Positions 27,280 to 35,214 of a DNA stretch of 64,000 nucleotides are shown here, in pieces. The position numbers and the translations under genes were made by a program. The stretch covers positions 1,836 to 65,835 of the forward strand of contig JAGGWK010000016.1 in NCBI GenBank assembly GCA_021157525.1. The letters are read 5' to 3'. How positions within the stretch are numbered: position 1 is the first letter of the stretch; each line of letters begins with the position of its first letter. This DNA is from Candidatus Cloacimonadota bacterium (GTDB taxonomy: Bacteria > Cloacimonadota > Cloacimonadia > Cloacimonadales > TCS61). Under the pieces are notes generated by a model. The model made no database searches, had not been told where the DNA came from, and saw nothing but the letters and a program-made list of their open reading frames with translations.

Positions 27280-28383
27280 ATGTTTATTCCAAGTGCAAAA
27301 TCAAAACTGAGTCTCATCGTACTTTTGGTTGTTTCCATCGCTCTCTTTATCTGGGTAGATAGCAGCCGAACCTTTGTAAAAGAAAAATACTATCACGAAA
27401 AACTGGCCGCCGCCCAGCGTATGCAGCAAGCCATGGATGCAGTAAAAGGATATCGTGCCAGCCAGAACGTATTTATCGATGAGCAAAATGACCCGGGAAA
27501 AACCGGACTCATCGGCGAGAAGGAAACCCTTATCACCACAGACCGTGGGAGTCTTACGGCAAAGCTCACTACCCTCAATCCAAATCTGGCAGCGGCTGTA
27601 GTCGCTATGCTTAAAGAAGCCAAACTGCACAAAGGTGATCGTGTGGCTGTGAGCTGCACCGGATCCCTGCCAGCCGCCAATATGGCTGTGTATAGCGCCG
27701 CTGCTGTGCTGGGACTTGACCTCACCGTCATTACATCGGTGGGAGCTTCCATGTTTGGTGCCAACGACCCGCAATTTACCTGGCTGGATATGGAACGGTT
27801 TTTCAATGAGCAGGGCATCTTTCCCTATCGCAGTATCGCAGCCTCTATGGGTGGCGGGCGCGACCTGGGCCGTGGCCTCAACCTTGCTGGTCGTGCGCTT
27901 ATAGAAGACGCAATCAAACGGAATGAAGTGGAGCTGGTTCATGAAGTGAGCCTGGAGAAAAATATCAACCGTAAGATGGCTCTGTTTACTCAGGCATCAG
28001 ACAAGCCGGTGAAACTCTATATCAATATCGGTGGCGGACTTTCCAGTCTGGGAAATTCGATAAACGGGCGCCTGGTACCTCCGGGATATCATCGTTATGT
28101 TTCGGTGAAAAACATCCCCCTCAAGGGTACGATGTTTCTCTATGCAGAGCAGGGTGTCGGCGTGATACATCTGTTGGATATACCACAGATTGCCAGCAAG
28201 TACGATCTGCCCACAGCTCCGGATCCTATTCCCCAACCCGGCACGGGACGCATGTTTGTGGATGAACGCTATAACGTCACCGTTGCCAGCATTGCTTTGG
28301 CACTGCTCCTCATCCTTATATTTACCGTGATCTTCTTTGACCATAAACAGCTCAAATTGAAAGAAGAGGAAATCAACATCTAA
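27280..28383 (+). CDS. membrane-anchored protein in the PgsA position; not CapA-like; tentatively the 'poly-gamma-glutamate system protein' family seen with PgsBC in non-Bacillus taxa
   Basis: It has N- and C-terminal TM helices. It lacks the CapA/PgsA metallophosphatase-like GDxMxGR signature. Its position is immediately after pgsC (9-nt gap). The family name comes from memory and has not been searched. Confidence 0.5.
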   Translation: MFIPSAKSKLSLIVLLVVSIALFIWVDSSRTFVKEKYYHEKLAAAQRMQQAMDAVKGYRASQNVFIDEQNDPGKTGLIGEKETLITTDRGSLTAKLTTLNPNLAAAVVAMLKEAKLHKGDRVAVSCTGSLPAANMAVYSAAAVLGLDLTVITSVGASMFGANDPQFTWLDMERFFNEQGIFPYRSIAASMGGGRDLGRGLNLAGRALIEDAIKRNEVELVHEVSLEKNINRKMALFTQASDKPVKLYINIGGGLSSLGNSINGRLVPPGYHRYVSVKNIPLKGTMFLYAEQGVGVIHLLDIPQIASKYDLPTAPDPIPQPGTGRMFVDERYNVTVASIALALLLILIFTVIFFDHKQLKLKEEEINI

Positions 28384-29255
28384 TGAAACAATTCTATATC
28401 ACCCTGCTACTGTGCGTTATCGGTGTTACACTGATGGCAGGTGAAATCACCGCCATCGGCTCTCACGATGATTACATGATTTATAACAAAACCAATTCAA
28501 AAATAGTGCGTTATCTGGAACTAAAGCCCCAAGCTTCCGTAACCTTTCATACGGTGAACATCAATTCCATCGACGTGCTTACCCGTTTGGTAATGCCATC
28601 GAACAAGGGGGTGGAATATCGGTACGAAATCGCCTTTGACGGTACTCGCAAGAAAATTACCAAAACGGCTCGTACCAGCAGAACATCCCAAGGGGTAAAT
28701 GGCGAAACGATATCAAAATACAACAAATTGTGCCAGGCCATCCCCCGCAATAACAAACAGGTAACCATTATCAACACATCGGCTTACACTCTGCTGGTGA
28801 AGATCAATTCAACCGAAATATCCCGTAGTACCAGAACCATAGACTACGTGGCCTACTCACCCGATGTGTACGATGCCGATACGGTGCTTAAACTGAATGG
28901 CCGGGAATTTACATACTATCATGGCGGGAAAATTTCCCTCACACTGGAAGGCCCAATCTATCTGAAAGTGTTCAGCCGCTTGCTGTTTGACAATAGTTAC
29001 ACTCCCAGCATGCACTACGCTTTTAATGTGTACGACAACAATACGCTGCTCAGAGCCTACACCGAAAAGGCCCATAAATCCCGGAACACCTGTTTGGTAG
29101 GGGATGCTACCATCATCCCGTCTACCGCAGATATAAATATCATCAGGCTGGATGCAGGTACGCACCACATTCGCATAGAAGATGGCGCGATCAATCGCAA
29201 TGTTATCTTTAAATTCTATATTAGCAAATCTGCTGTGGAAATCGAGTCCAAATGA
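28383..29255 (+). CDS. hypothetical secreted/periplasmic beta-rich protein, translationally coupled to the PGA genes
   Basis: Its ATG shares one base with the upstream TAA. Signal peptide MKQFYITLLLCVIGVTLMAGE. No family was recognised. Confidence 0.6.
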   Translation: MKQFYITLLLCVIGVTLMAGEITAIGSHDDYMIYNKTNSKIVRYLELKPQASVTFHTVNINSIDVLTRLVMPSNKGVEYRYEIAFDGTRKKITKTARTSRTSQGVNGETISKYNKLCQAIPRNNKQVTIINTSAYTLLVKINSTEISRSTRTIDYVAYSPDVYDADTVLKLNGREFTYYHGGKISLTLEGPIYLKVFSRLLFDNSYTPSMHYAFNVYDNNTLLRAYTEKAHKSRNTCLVGDATIIPSTADINIIRLDAGTHHIRIEDGAINRNVIFKFYISKSAVEIESK

Positions 29256-30268
29256 AAAGCTATATCCTTATAATGATCTTCCTCAGCTCACTTCTGTGGG
29301 CTACCGGCCTGAACTTTTCCCATCGTGTTTCCCTGGATACCTACTACACAGACAATGTCCTCAATCTCTCGGAGAGCAGTCTGGACGAGTTTGACGGCGG
29401 GACCCATCCGGAAAAATATGATCTGGAAACCTCTGATGACCTGGTGACCTCGGTACGGCTGTGGCTGGATGTAAAACATCGTTATGTGCTGGGCCATACC
29501 AGCATCCAGCGCCTCGTGCTGAAATTTGAAAAACATTGGAGCAATGATCTGCTGGACGGTGGCTACATTCAGCTTAAACACCGACAATACCTCAGCAAAT
29601 CGGTGCGGGTGATGGCAGATTATTTCTACTATCCCGAAATCTACGTAAACCAATACATCCCGGCTCTGAAGGATGTGGCGGATTACAAAGAATACAGTTA
29701 TGCTGAAAATGCCTGGCGCTGCACTGTGGAATGGGATGTGACGCCTGCTCTGGAGCTTGCTTATCGGGCAGAATTTACACAGAAATACTACAACAAATAT
29801 TTTACCGAGTATGATGCATCCGGCTTGAAACATCGGCTCGTCGCCAGCTATCGGGTGAGTGATAAGCTGAGGATTTCCGGCTTTGCGGCCTACGAATCCG
29901 ATGATGCTGATGGGGAAGATGCCTACCCGGATGTTTCGGCAATTACTCAGATAAAAGATGCATCTTACCAAGAAAATCAGACGGGGATTTCTCTGGATTT
30001 TGCTGTGACTCCATCCTGGAAGATCACTGCCGTTGCCCAGTATCAGATGCGCTTTTATCAAAGTGATGTGGCTGGCGATACCTATCATCTGGGACGGGAT
30101 GACTACCGCACGGACCTGCGGCTGGAAGTGGAGACATCTCAATGGAAAAATCTTCGCATCCAACCTTGGTGGCATCTGGAAAAACGGGAAGTTTCCTCAC
30201 CCTTTGCGGAGGTGAAGTCCGCTAAGGAATATGTTACCAACGAGATGGGCGTGACTGTCCGTTTCTAA
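29252..30268 (+). CDS. predicted outer-membrane beta-barrel protein, last gene of the PGA-linked operon
   Basis: ATGA overlap with the upstream gene. It has a signal peptide, pervasive alternating hydrophobic/polar strands rich in Y/W, and the C-terminus ...EMGVTVRF (terminal Phe, as in OMP sorting signals). Confidence 0.6.
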   Translation: MKSYILIMIFLSSLLWATGLNFSHRVSLDTYYTDNVLNLSESSLDEFDGGTHPEKYDLETSDDLVTSVRLWLDVKHRYVLGHTSIQRLVLKFEKHWSNDLLDGGYIQLKHRQYLSKSVRVMADYFYYPEIYVNQYIPALKDVADYKEYSYAENAWRCTVEWDVTPALELAYRAEFTQKYYNKYFTEYDASGLKHRLVASYRVSDKLRISGFAAYESDDADGEDAYPDVSAITQIKDASYQENQTGISLDFAVTPSWKITAVAQYQMRFYQSDVAGDTYHLGRDDYRTDLRLEVETSQWKNLRIQPWWHLEKREVSSPFAEVKSAKEYVTNEMGVTVRF

Positions 30269-30296
30269 GAAACAGACCAATCAATTTCTTCCCAAA

Positions 30297-30326
30297 GAAC
30301 CCGGCTTTTCGCCGGGATTCTTTTTT
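30297..30326 (+). terminator. rho-independent terminator closing the 11922-30268 gene run
   Basis: GAACCCGGC-ttttc-GCCGGGATTC followed by TTTTTT, 29 nt after the stop. Confidence 0.8.
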
Positions 30327-30664
30327 AGGGTGTAAAATACATGTTTTGCCAGGCGGAGAGATCGTGCTTTGAAGACTCCATATATAAGGTTTGTTCGAAG
30401 ACCCAATATCTTTGCCGGTGCAGCATCCCGTATAAACATCCCTAGGGATAGAAACATCGAAACGTCTCGAGGGGAAAGCTGTCCCTGAAAATATTTTTCT
30501 TCTCTCAGAAAAACACGAAAAAATCTCACAGGGAGCGATGTATAGCGGGTCGCTCTCTTTGAATAAGATAAAGAATTATGTTATAGCCGGAAAAAGGGCT
30601 TTACAACGGGAGTGACAAAAAAAAATTGTACCATCCTTAATTGTAAAACGCAGGGAGTATTTTC

Positions 30665-31501
30665 ATGAACATGATGAGATCAGTTCATTTTGTTTTGTTG
30701 GTTATTGCATTTTCCTGGGGACCGTGGTTTGTTGCCATTGCCACCGGAAGCAGTATGCAGAGCACAATGGGAGTTGTGTGTACCGGTCTGGGAGGTCTTG
30801 GCCCAGCTTTTTCTGCACTGCTGATGCTTACTCAATCAACAAAACACAAGCGACGTAGTTATTGGCGGCGGGTAATCGATGCATCGATAATCCCCGGAAA
30901 AATGTGGGCGGTATTGCTTTTGCTTGCGCCGCTGTCTGCCGTGCTGGCGGTTTTCTTTTCTCTGCCGTTGGGCCATTCACTGAGTCAGTTTGCCCTCCTG
31001 CCTACTATCATGGCGCAGCCTCTCAAGATATTTGGATTTCTTTCAGTACTTTTGCTGATGGGTCCCATATCCGAAGAGTTGGGTTGGCGCGGCTATTGGC
31101 TGGAGTCTCTGGGAAAGCAATTCAATCTGTTTACATCCTCTCTCATTATAGCCGTTACCTGGGTTTTATGGCATTTCCCGCTGTTCCATATTGTTGGGTC
31201 GCCATTAGCCGGTCTCAGCTCAGATCCTCTCAGGATGGTTGTATTTCTGGGCCGCGTATTACCTATCTCAATACTCTTTACCTGGGTGTATTGCTGTAGC
31301 AATCGCAGTATTCTGGCGGCGATTTTGTTTCACCTGACGATCAATTTCACCGGTTCCATCATTCATATAGACAGTGTTTCCAAATTCATAGAGATGCTGT
31401 TGTTGTACCTTATAGCGGGTATTGTTTTACTGAAAAAGAGAGAACTCTTCTTTTCCCCTCCACAAGCACTGGATGCAAAAATGAAGCGGCAGACAGTATA
31501 G
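30665..31501 (+). CDS. CPBP-family intramembrane glutamic endopeptidase (CAAX protease/Abi-like)
   Basis: Multi-TM protein with the three CPBP motifs: ISEELGWRGYW (EExxxR), LWHFPLF (FxxxH) and LFHLTINF (HxxxN). Confidence 0.85.
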   Translation: MNMMRSVHFVLLVIAFSWGPWFVAIATGSSMQSTMGVVCTGLGGLGPAFSALLMLTQSTKHKRRSYWRRVIDASIIPGKMWAVLLLLAPLSAVLAVFFSLPLGHSLSQFALLPTIMAQPLKIFGFLSVLLLMGPISEELGWRGYWLESLGKQFNLFTSSLIIAVTWVLWHFPLFHIVGSPLAGLSSDPLRMVVFLGRVLPISILFTWVYCCSNRSILAAILFHLTINFTGSIIHIDSVSKFIEMLLLYLIAGIVLLKKRELFFSPPQALDAKMKRQTV

Positions 31502-31776
31502 TTTTACCTGCCGCAGTCATTAGGGTGAGAGCTTCCCAGTTCCGCTAAGAGAGCTACTTTCCGTGTTGCAGGCATGGAGCCACACAAGTCGCCACGCGTC
31601 AGCAAGCTGACTTGGCCCAGATGACACCCTTTGGGCTGGTTAAACTTAACTGTCTTTTCGACCGAAACGAAATGGAGTGGAGAAATCTCACAATCAAAGA
31701 ATATGTGCATTTTAGGTTTTGATATCTCTACACTCCATTTTTTCATTGTGGCACAGTCACGGGAATGGAACCAGTA

Positions 31777-32157
31777 TTACTCTACGTAAATCCTCACAGT
31801 GGTTACCGATCCATCATCTTCTTCCACATCAGCATAAAACAGATCACCCACCTCACCAGCGGCCACCAGGGTAAAAAGTTCTTTCCATTTGATGCTGGAA
31901 AAATCGAAATTAGTCTCGCCCATGTTGGCTTTCATCTGAGCATTTGAAGGGATGAGCCTTGCAGCCAGCTTTACCACCGAAACCGGCAAACTGATGTGGA
32001 GCTTGGGATGGGAGTGTTCTTCCCTGGTGACGAGGATGACAAATTTTTTCCCTTGCTGTGGCGGCTTTGGGCCCATAGCTGCCAGCAGCTGGGCCGCTTC
32101 TGCCGCAGTGATGGTTCCTTCGGAAACCATATCCAGGATTTTACGCGTCTCACTCAT
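31777..32157 (-). CDS. small protein with an N-terminal SHOCT-like helix motif and an unknown C-terminal domain
   Basis: RKILDMVSEGTITAAEAAQLLAAMG lies at the N-terminus. It overlaps the upstream DUF4097 gene by 8 nt. Confidence 0.65.
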   Translation of the reverse strand: MSETRKILDMVSEGTITAAEAAQLLAAMGPKPPQQGKKFVILVTREEHSHPKLHISLPVSVVKLAARLIPSNAQMKANMGETNFDFSSIKWKELFTLVAAGEVGDLFYADVEEDDGSVTTVRIYVE

Positions 32158-33523
32158 CGGTTTTTCCCATGGCTTTCAAGAGCCGCTCCGCATCGTCAGC
32201 TGATATTTTCCCGGCTTCCAGAAGTTCCAGGATTTTCAGCCGGGAACGTTCATCGACTTTTTGTCTGGTAGCGGGGGAGACGTCACGATCCTTTACCACA
32301 TGTTGAACCGCATCCACCACTTTGCTGATGTTGCTGTTTATGGTGGTTTCTGCCTTTTTCTTAAAAGTATCGCTGGAGACGTCGTGGAGAATGGTGGTTA
32401 CTTCAGTTTTGATACCTTCCAAAGCGTCATTCACCACGGTTTCCACATCAGACAACTGAATCTTGCTGAAGCGGTTTTGGGCTGCTTTCAGCTTTTCCTG
32501 GGCTTTTTTCAGTTTTACTTCCACCATATCTCTGGTTTTTTCATCGGGTATCTCTTGTAGAACAGAGGAGAAAACCTCGGAAATATCGGGCAGGATAATA
32601 GCCTGGTTAATGGCTGATTTTTTGTTGGTGATCACGATGCTGCCACTCTGATTATTTACTGTGATATCTACTTTTGCCGCTCCACGAACGATCTCGACGA
32701 TTTTGGCTTCATCCTTGGTGTGCTGATCATAATCGTCTGGGATACCGATGTGTATCTTTCCATGAAGGTTGGTGGCACTGAGGTCAAATTCCAGCTCGTC
32801 GGGAATCACCAGGGTGATCTTGCCATTGTCGTTTTCAAGCTGTATAGTCCCTGCCAGTATGGGTGAGAATTCGTAGTAGATTCCGCCGTTTTCGCCAACG
32901 ATAGAAACATTTTTAAAGGCGCTCTGCAAACTGCGTACCACGCCATTTTCATGTTTCAGATTCAGGTTGCCTTCGCATCCCACCAGTTTCACCGGCCCAT
33001 TCTCGGTGGTCAGCCGGATGTCGCCGTGGGTGTGTTTCATTTTCATCGGTCCGTTTTCAGTTTTGACAATTATCGTTCCCGTGCAATCCAGCACTTTAAC
33101 CGGCCCATTTTCCGCCTTGATATCCAGCGTCCCTTCTATCGCTTCTACCTTTAATGGCCCGTTTTCGCTTCTCAATTCCTGGATGCCATGGAGGTTTTTC
33201 AAGGAGATGCTACCATTTTCCGTACTTCCCCGCACTTCTGTGACGTAGGGTACTTTCAATTTGCATTTCCATACGGCTTCATTGGTCTTTTCCATGTCGT
33301 GTAATGCGATGTGCAGCGTGTTTTTCTCTTCATCAAAGGTGGTTTCAAGGATGCTTTCCAGAGTAATTTCCTCAGGCGCATTACTTACAAAATCAACTTT
33401 GATCGAGAGCTCGGTCTCTTCTTCTTCCCCGCCGATGACGGCGATGCCCAGGTTCTCGCTTTCTACTTGTACTACCAGATCCGTTCTGGTGTTAAATCGA
33501 AGTGTTTTTTCAAGATTGTTCAT
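32150..33523 (-). CDS. DUF4097-family beta-strand repeat protein (putative adhesin/LiaG-YvlB-like) with a coiled middle region and a C-terminal SHOCT-like motif
   Basis: Repeated ENGxIxL/ENGPVKV units (ENGSISL, ENGPLKV, ENGPVKV, ENGPMKM, ENGPVKL, ENGVVRS, ENGGIYY, DNGKITL). The C-terminus is LKILELLEAGKISADDAERLLKAMGK. Confidence 0.8.
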   Translation of the reverse strand: MNNLEKTLRFNTRTDLVVQVESENLGIAVIGGEEEETELSIKVDFVSNAPEEITLESILETTFDEEKNTLHIALHDMEKTNEAVWKCKLKVPYVTEVRGSTENGSISLKNLHGIQELRSENGPLKVEAIEGTLDIKAENGPVKVLDCTGTIIVKTENGPMKMKHTHGDIRLTTENGPVKLVGCEGNLNLKHENGVVRSLQSAFKNVSIVGENGGIYYEFSPILAGTIQLENDNGKITLVIPDELEFDLSATNLHGKIHIGIPDDYDQHTKDEAKIVEIVRGAAKVDITVNNQSGSIVITNKKSAINQAIILPDISEVFSSVLQEIPDEKTRDMVEVKLKKAQEKLKAAQNRFSKIQLSDVETVVNDALEGIKTEVTTILHDVSSDTFKKKAETTINSNISKVVDAVQHVVKDRDVSPATRQKVDERSRLKILELLEAGKISADDAERLLKAMGKTDE

Positions 33524-33525
33524 GG

Positions 33526-33885
33526 TTACCTTCCTTTGATCTTCCTGATCGCTTCATCCACCGAGAGGGTGCCTGCTTCTATTCTGGCAAGGATCTCCTC
33601 CGACGGGTGTTTGCCGGTTTTTGTAGCTTTGCACAGGATGGCTTGAACCTGAGCAAGGCGATTTTTTACCGTTGGGTATGAGATGCGCAGCGCCTTCTCC
33701 ACTTCTTTGATATTACCGCTGCAACATACAAAAACTTTTACAAATTCTGCCTGCGCAGCGGACAGGGCAGAAAAGTCGTCGATAGAAAAATGACCCTGGA
33801 TGGTCGTATTGCAGGACGGGCAGTGATATTCGGTGATTTCCAGAGTCGCATTGCATGCCGGACATGCTTTCAATCGTTTGTTCAT
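33526..33885 (-). CDS. DUF2089-family protein (zinc-ribbon plus HTH) with a C-terminal SHOCT-like motif
   Basis: CPACNATLEITEYHCPSCNTTIQGHF, then FVKVFVCCSGNIKEVEKALRISYPTVKNRL, and EEILARIEAGTLSVDEAIRKIKG at the end. AAGGAGGA lies before ATG 33885; the tracked start at 33969 is unlikely. Confidence 0.8.
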   Translation of the reverse strand: MNKRLKACPACNATLEITEYHCPSCNTTIQGHFSIDDFSALSAAQAEFVKVFVCCSGNIKEVEKALRISYPTVKNRLAQVQAILCKATKTGKHPSEEILARIEAGTLSVDEAIRKIKGR

Positions 33886-34333
33886 ATTATTTCCTCCTTG
33901 ATATCCGGGAGCAATGTCGCCTAAGCGGTTAAATATGTCAATGATAAAATAAATAAAATTAATAAACACATTGAATATATCAATTATGAGATGGCAAATG
34001 AAGGAAAGAGAGCTCTACTCTCCATGCCTGCGGCACAGAGCCACAAAAGCCCACGCCATTCTTCTATCGTTCCAGCGCTCCGCGCAGGGATGTATGTTTT
34101 GTCACATGCAGATTTGTGCACCCATGAGCATGCTCATGGAAAGTAGCGTTGTGTCCAGATGTGAGATTCTTATACTCCGTTTCTTTTTGGAAAAAGTAAC
34201 GCAAATCCACGATGGTTCCGGCTTTAGACACCTAAGGAGACGATTATCTGTGTGATGGCTTATGAACCCGGAAAAAAGGAGTGGAAAATAGGGGGATAAA
34301 AAAATCGTTAGCCAAGATGACTAACGACAAAAA

Positions 34334-34420
34334 TGGTACCAGAGGCCGGAATCGAACCGGCACGGACCAAGGTCCGAGGGATTTTAAGTCCCTTGTGTCT
34401 ACCAATTCCACCACTCCGGC
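34334..34420 (-). tRNA. tRNA-Leu (anticodon UAA), 87 nt, CCA encoded
   Basis: The reverse complement is GCCGGAGTGGTGGAATTGGTAGACAC...CTTAAAATC...long variable arm...GGTTCGATTCC...ACCA. It folds as a class II cloverleaf. The acceptor stem has two G-U pairs. Confidence 0.9.
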
Positions 34421-34436
34421 ATGTAGACAGCAAAAA

Positions 34437-34510
34437 TGGAGGCGACACCCGGATTTGAACCGGGGATGAGGATTTTGCAGACCCTTGCCTTACCACTTGG
34501 CGATGTCGCC
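34437..34510 (-). tRNA. tRNA-Cys (anticodon GCA), 74 nt, CCA encoded
   Basis: The reverse complement is GGCGACATCGCCAAGTGGTAAGGC...CTGCAAA...GGTTCAAATCCGGGTGTCGCCTCCA. Confidence 0.9.
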
Positions 34511-34524
34511 CCATATAAAAAAAA

Positions 34525-34599
34525 TGGAGCGGGAGACGGGATTCGAACCCGCGACAACCACGTTGGCAACGTGGAACTCTACCACTGAGTTACTCCCGC
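34525..34599 (-). tRNA. tRNA-Gly (anticodon GCC), 75 nt, CCA encoded
   Basis: The reverse complement is GCGGGAGTAACTCAGTGGTAGAGT...TTGCCAA...GGTTCGAATCCCGTCTCCCGCTCCA. Confidence 0.9.
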
Positions 34600-34647
34600 G
34601 TCTGCATCAAAATACAGAAAGCAAAATCGAAAAGCCGGGTTGACTTG

Positions 34648-35205
34648 TCAAACACTTTTTTGCATCTCTTGAGAAAATACCTCAGCAGTGAAACGTAAAA
34701 TTATGCAGTCTTGAGAGTTCCAGCAATCTCGACGGAGCCCAGCTTTGCGACAGGTCTCTTCCAAAAAGGTCACTCTATTCCAATGCCACTCCACCGCCAC
34801 CTGCGGAAGGAGCAATCCGGAGCGGTTTCCACACCGAATCATCAGGCCGTCGCGGCCCACCAGTATCTCATCGATATTGGTTACCCGGGTCATGGGGGAC
34901 AGGATTGATATCTCGATGGTGATATCAGGCAGCTCATCAAGGCTAAGGGGTGGAAAGCGAGGATCCCGGAAAGCTGCCGCCTCAGCCATGTCAACGATGG
35001 TGTCAAAAAGTGGTTTCACACCCACCACATAGCCGATGCATCCCCGTAATGCATCCTGCTTGTGAAGGGTAACAAAGGCACCGCATTTCTGCTCAAAAAC
35101 CGCATCTTTCGGTGGTGAGATATCCAGCGGCCGATGCTCCAGCTTGCATTGGATAACACGTCGAGCCAGAGAAAGTAAAAAATCCTGCTGGGATGGCGTC
35201 AGCAT
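34648..35205 (-). CDS. AmmeMemoRadiSam system protein A (AMMECR1 domain)
   Basis: CGAFVTLHK...LRGCIGY is the AMMECR1 signature, and the ~185-aa size fits. Confidence 0.85.
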   Translation of the reverse strand: MLTPSQQDFLLSLARRVIQCKLEHRPLDISPPKDAVFEQKCGAFVTLHKQDALRGCIGYVVGVKPLFDTIVDMAEAAAFRDPRFPPLSLDELPDITIEISILSPMTRVTNIDEILVGRDGLMIRCGNRSGLLLPQVAVEWHWNRVTFLEETCRKAGLRRDCWNSQDCIILRFTAEVFSQEMQKSV

Positions 35206-35214
35206 AGTGGCTCC

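Noticed and set aside
29288-30175. 295-aa minus-strand ORF
   Set aside because: It is antisense to the predicted OM barrel gene. The plus frame has a signal peptide, ATGA coupling and a terminal Phe.
30281-30529. 82-aa minus-strand ORF in the 30269-30664 intergenic region
   Set aside because: It has no RBS and runs through the terminator hairpin of the upstream operon. No family was recognised.
31561-31575. Idea that the central 15 nt of the 52-nt repeat is inverted between the two copies (an invertible switch)
   Set aside because: A plain direct alignment of the centre already gives about 10 of 17 matches, and the flanks are not inverted repeats. Divergence explains the pattern better than site-specific inversion, and no recombinase is nearby.
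31504-31746. 80-aa minus-strand ORF downstream of the SHOCT-like gene
   Set aside because: It has no SD and no recognisable family, and it overlaps one copy of the 52-nt repeat. I kept it as unassigned DNA rather than a gene. It could still be a small real gene.
33971-34255. 94-aa plus-strand ORF between the DUF2089 gene and the tRNAs
   Set aside because: It is Cys/His/Met-rich in an odd way, has no RBS and overlaps the second repeat copy. It is likely non-coding.
34281-34514. Two ORFs in the track (34281-34469 plus, 34308-34514 minus)
   Set aside because: They lie on top of tRNA-Leu and tRNA-Cys and are not coding.
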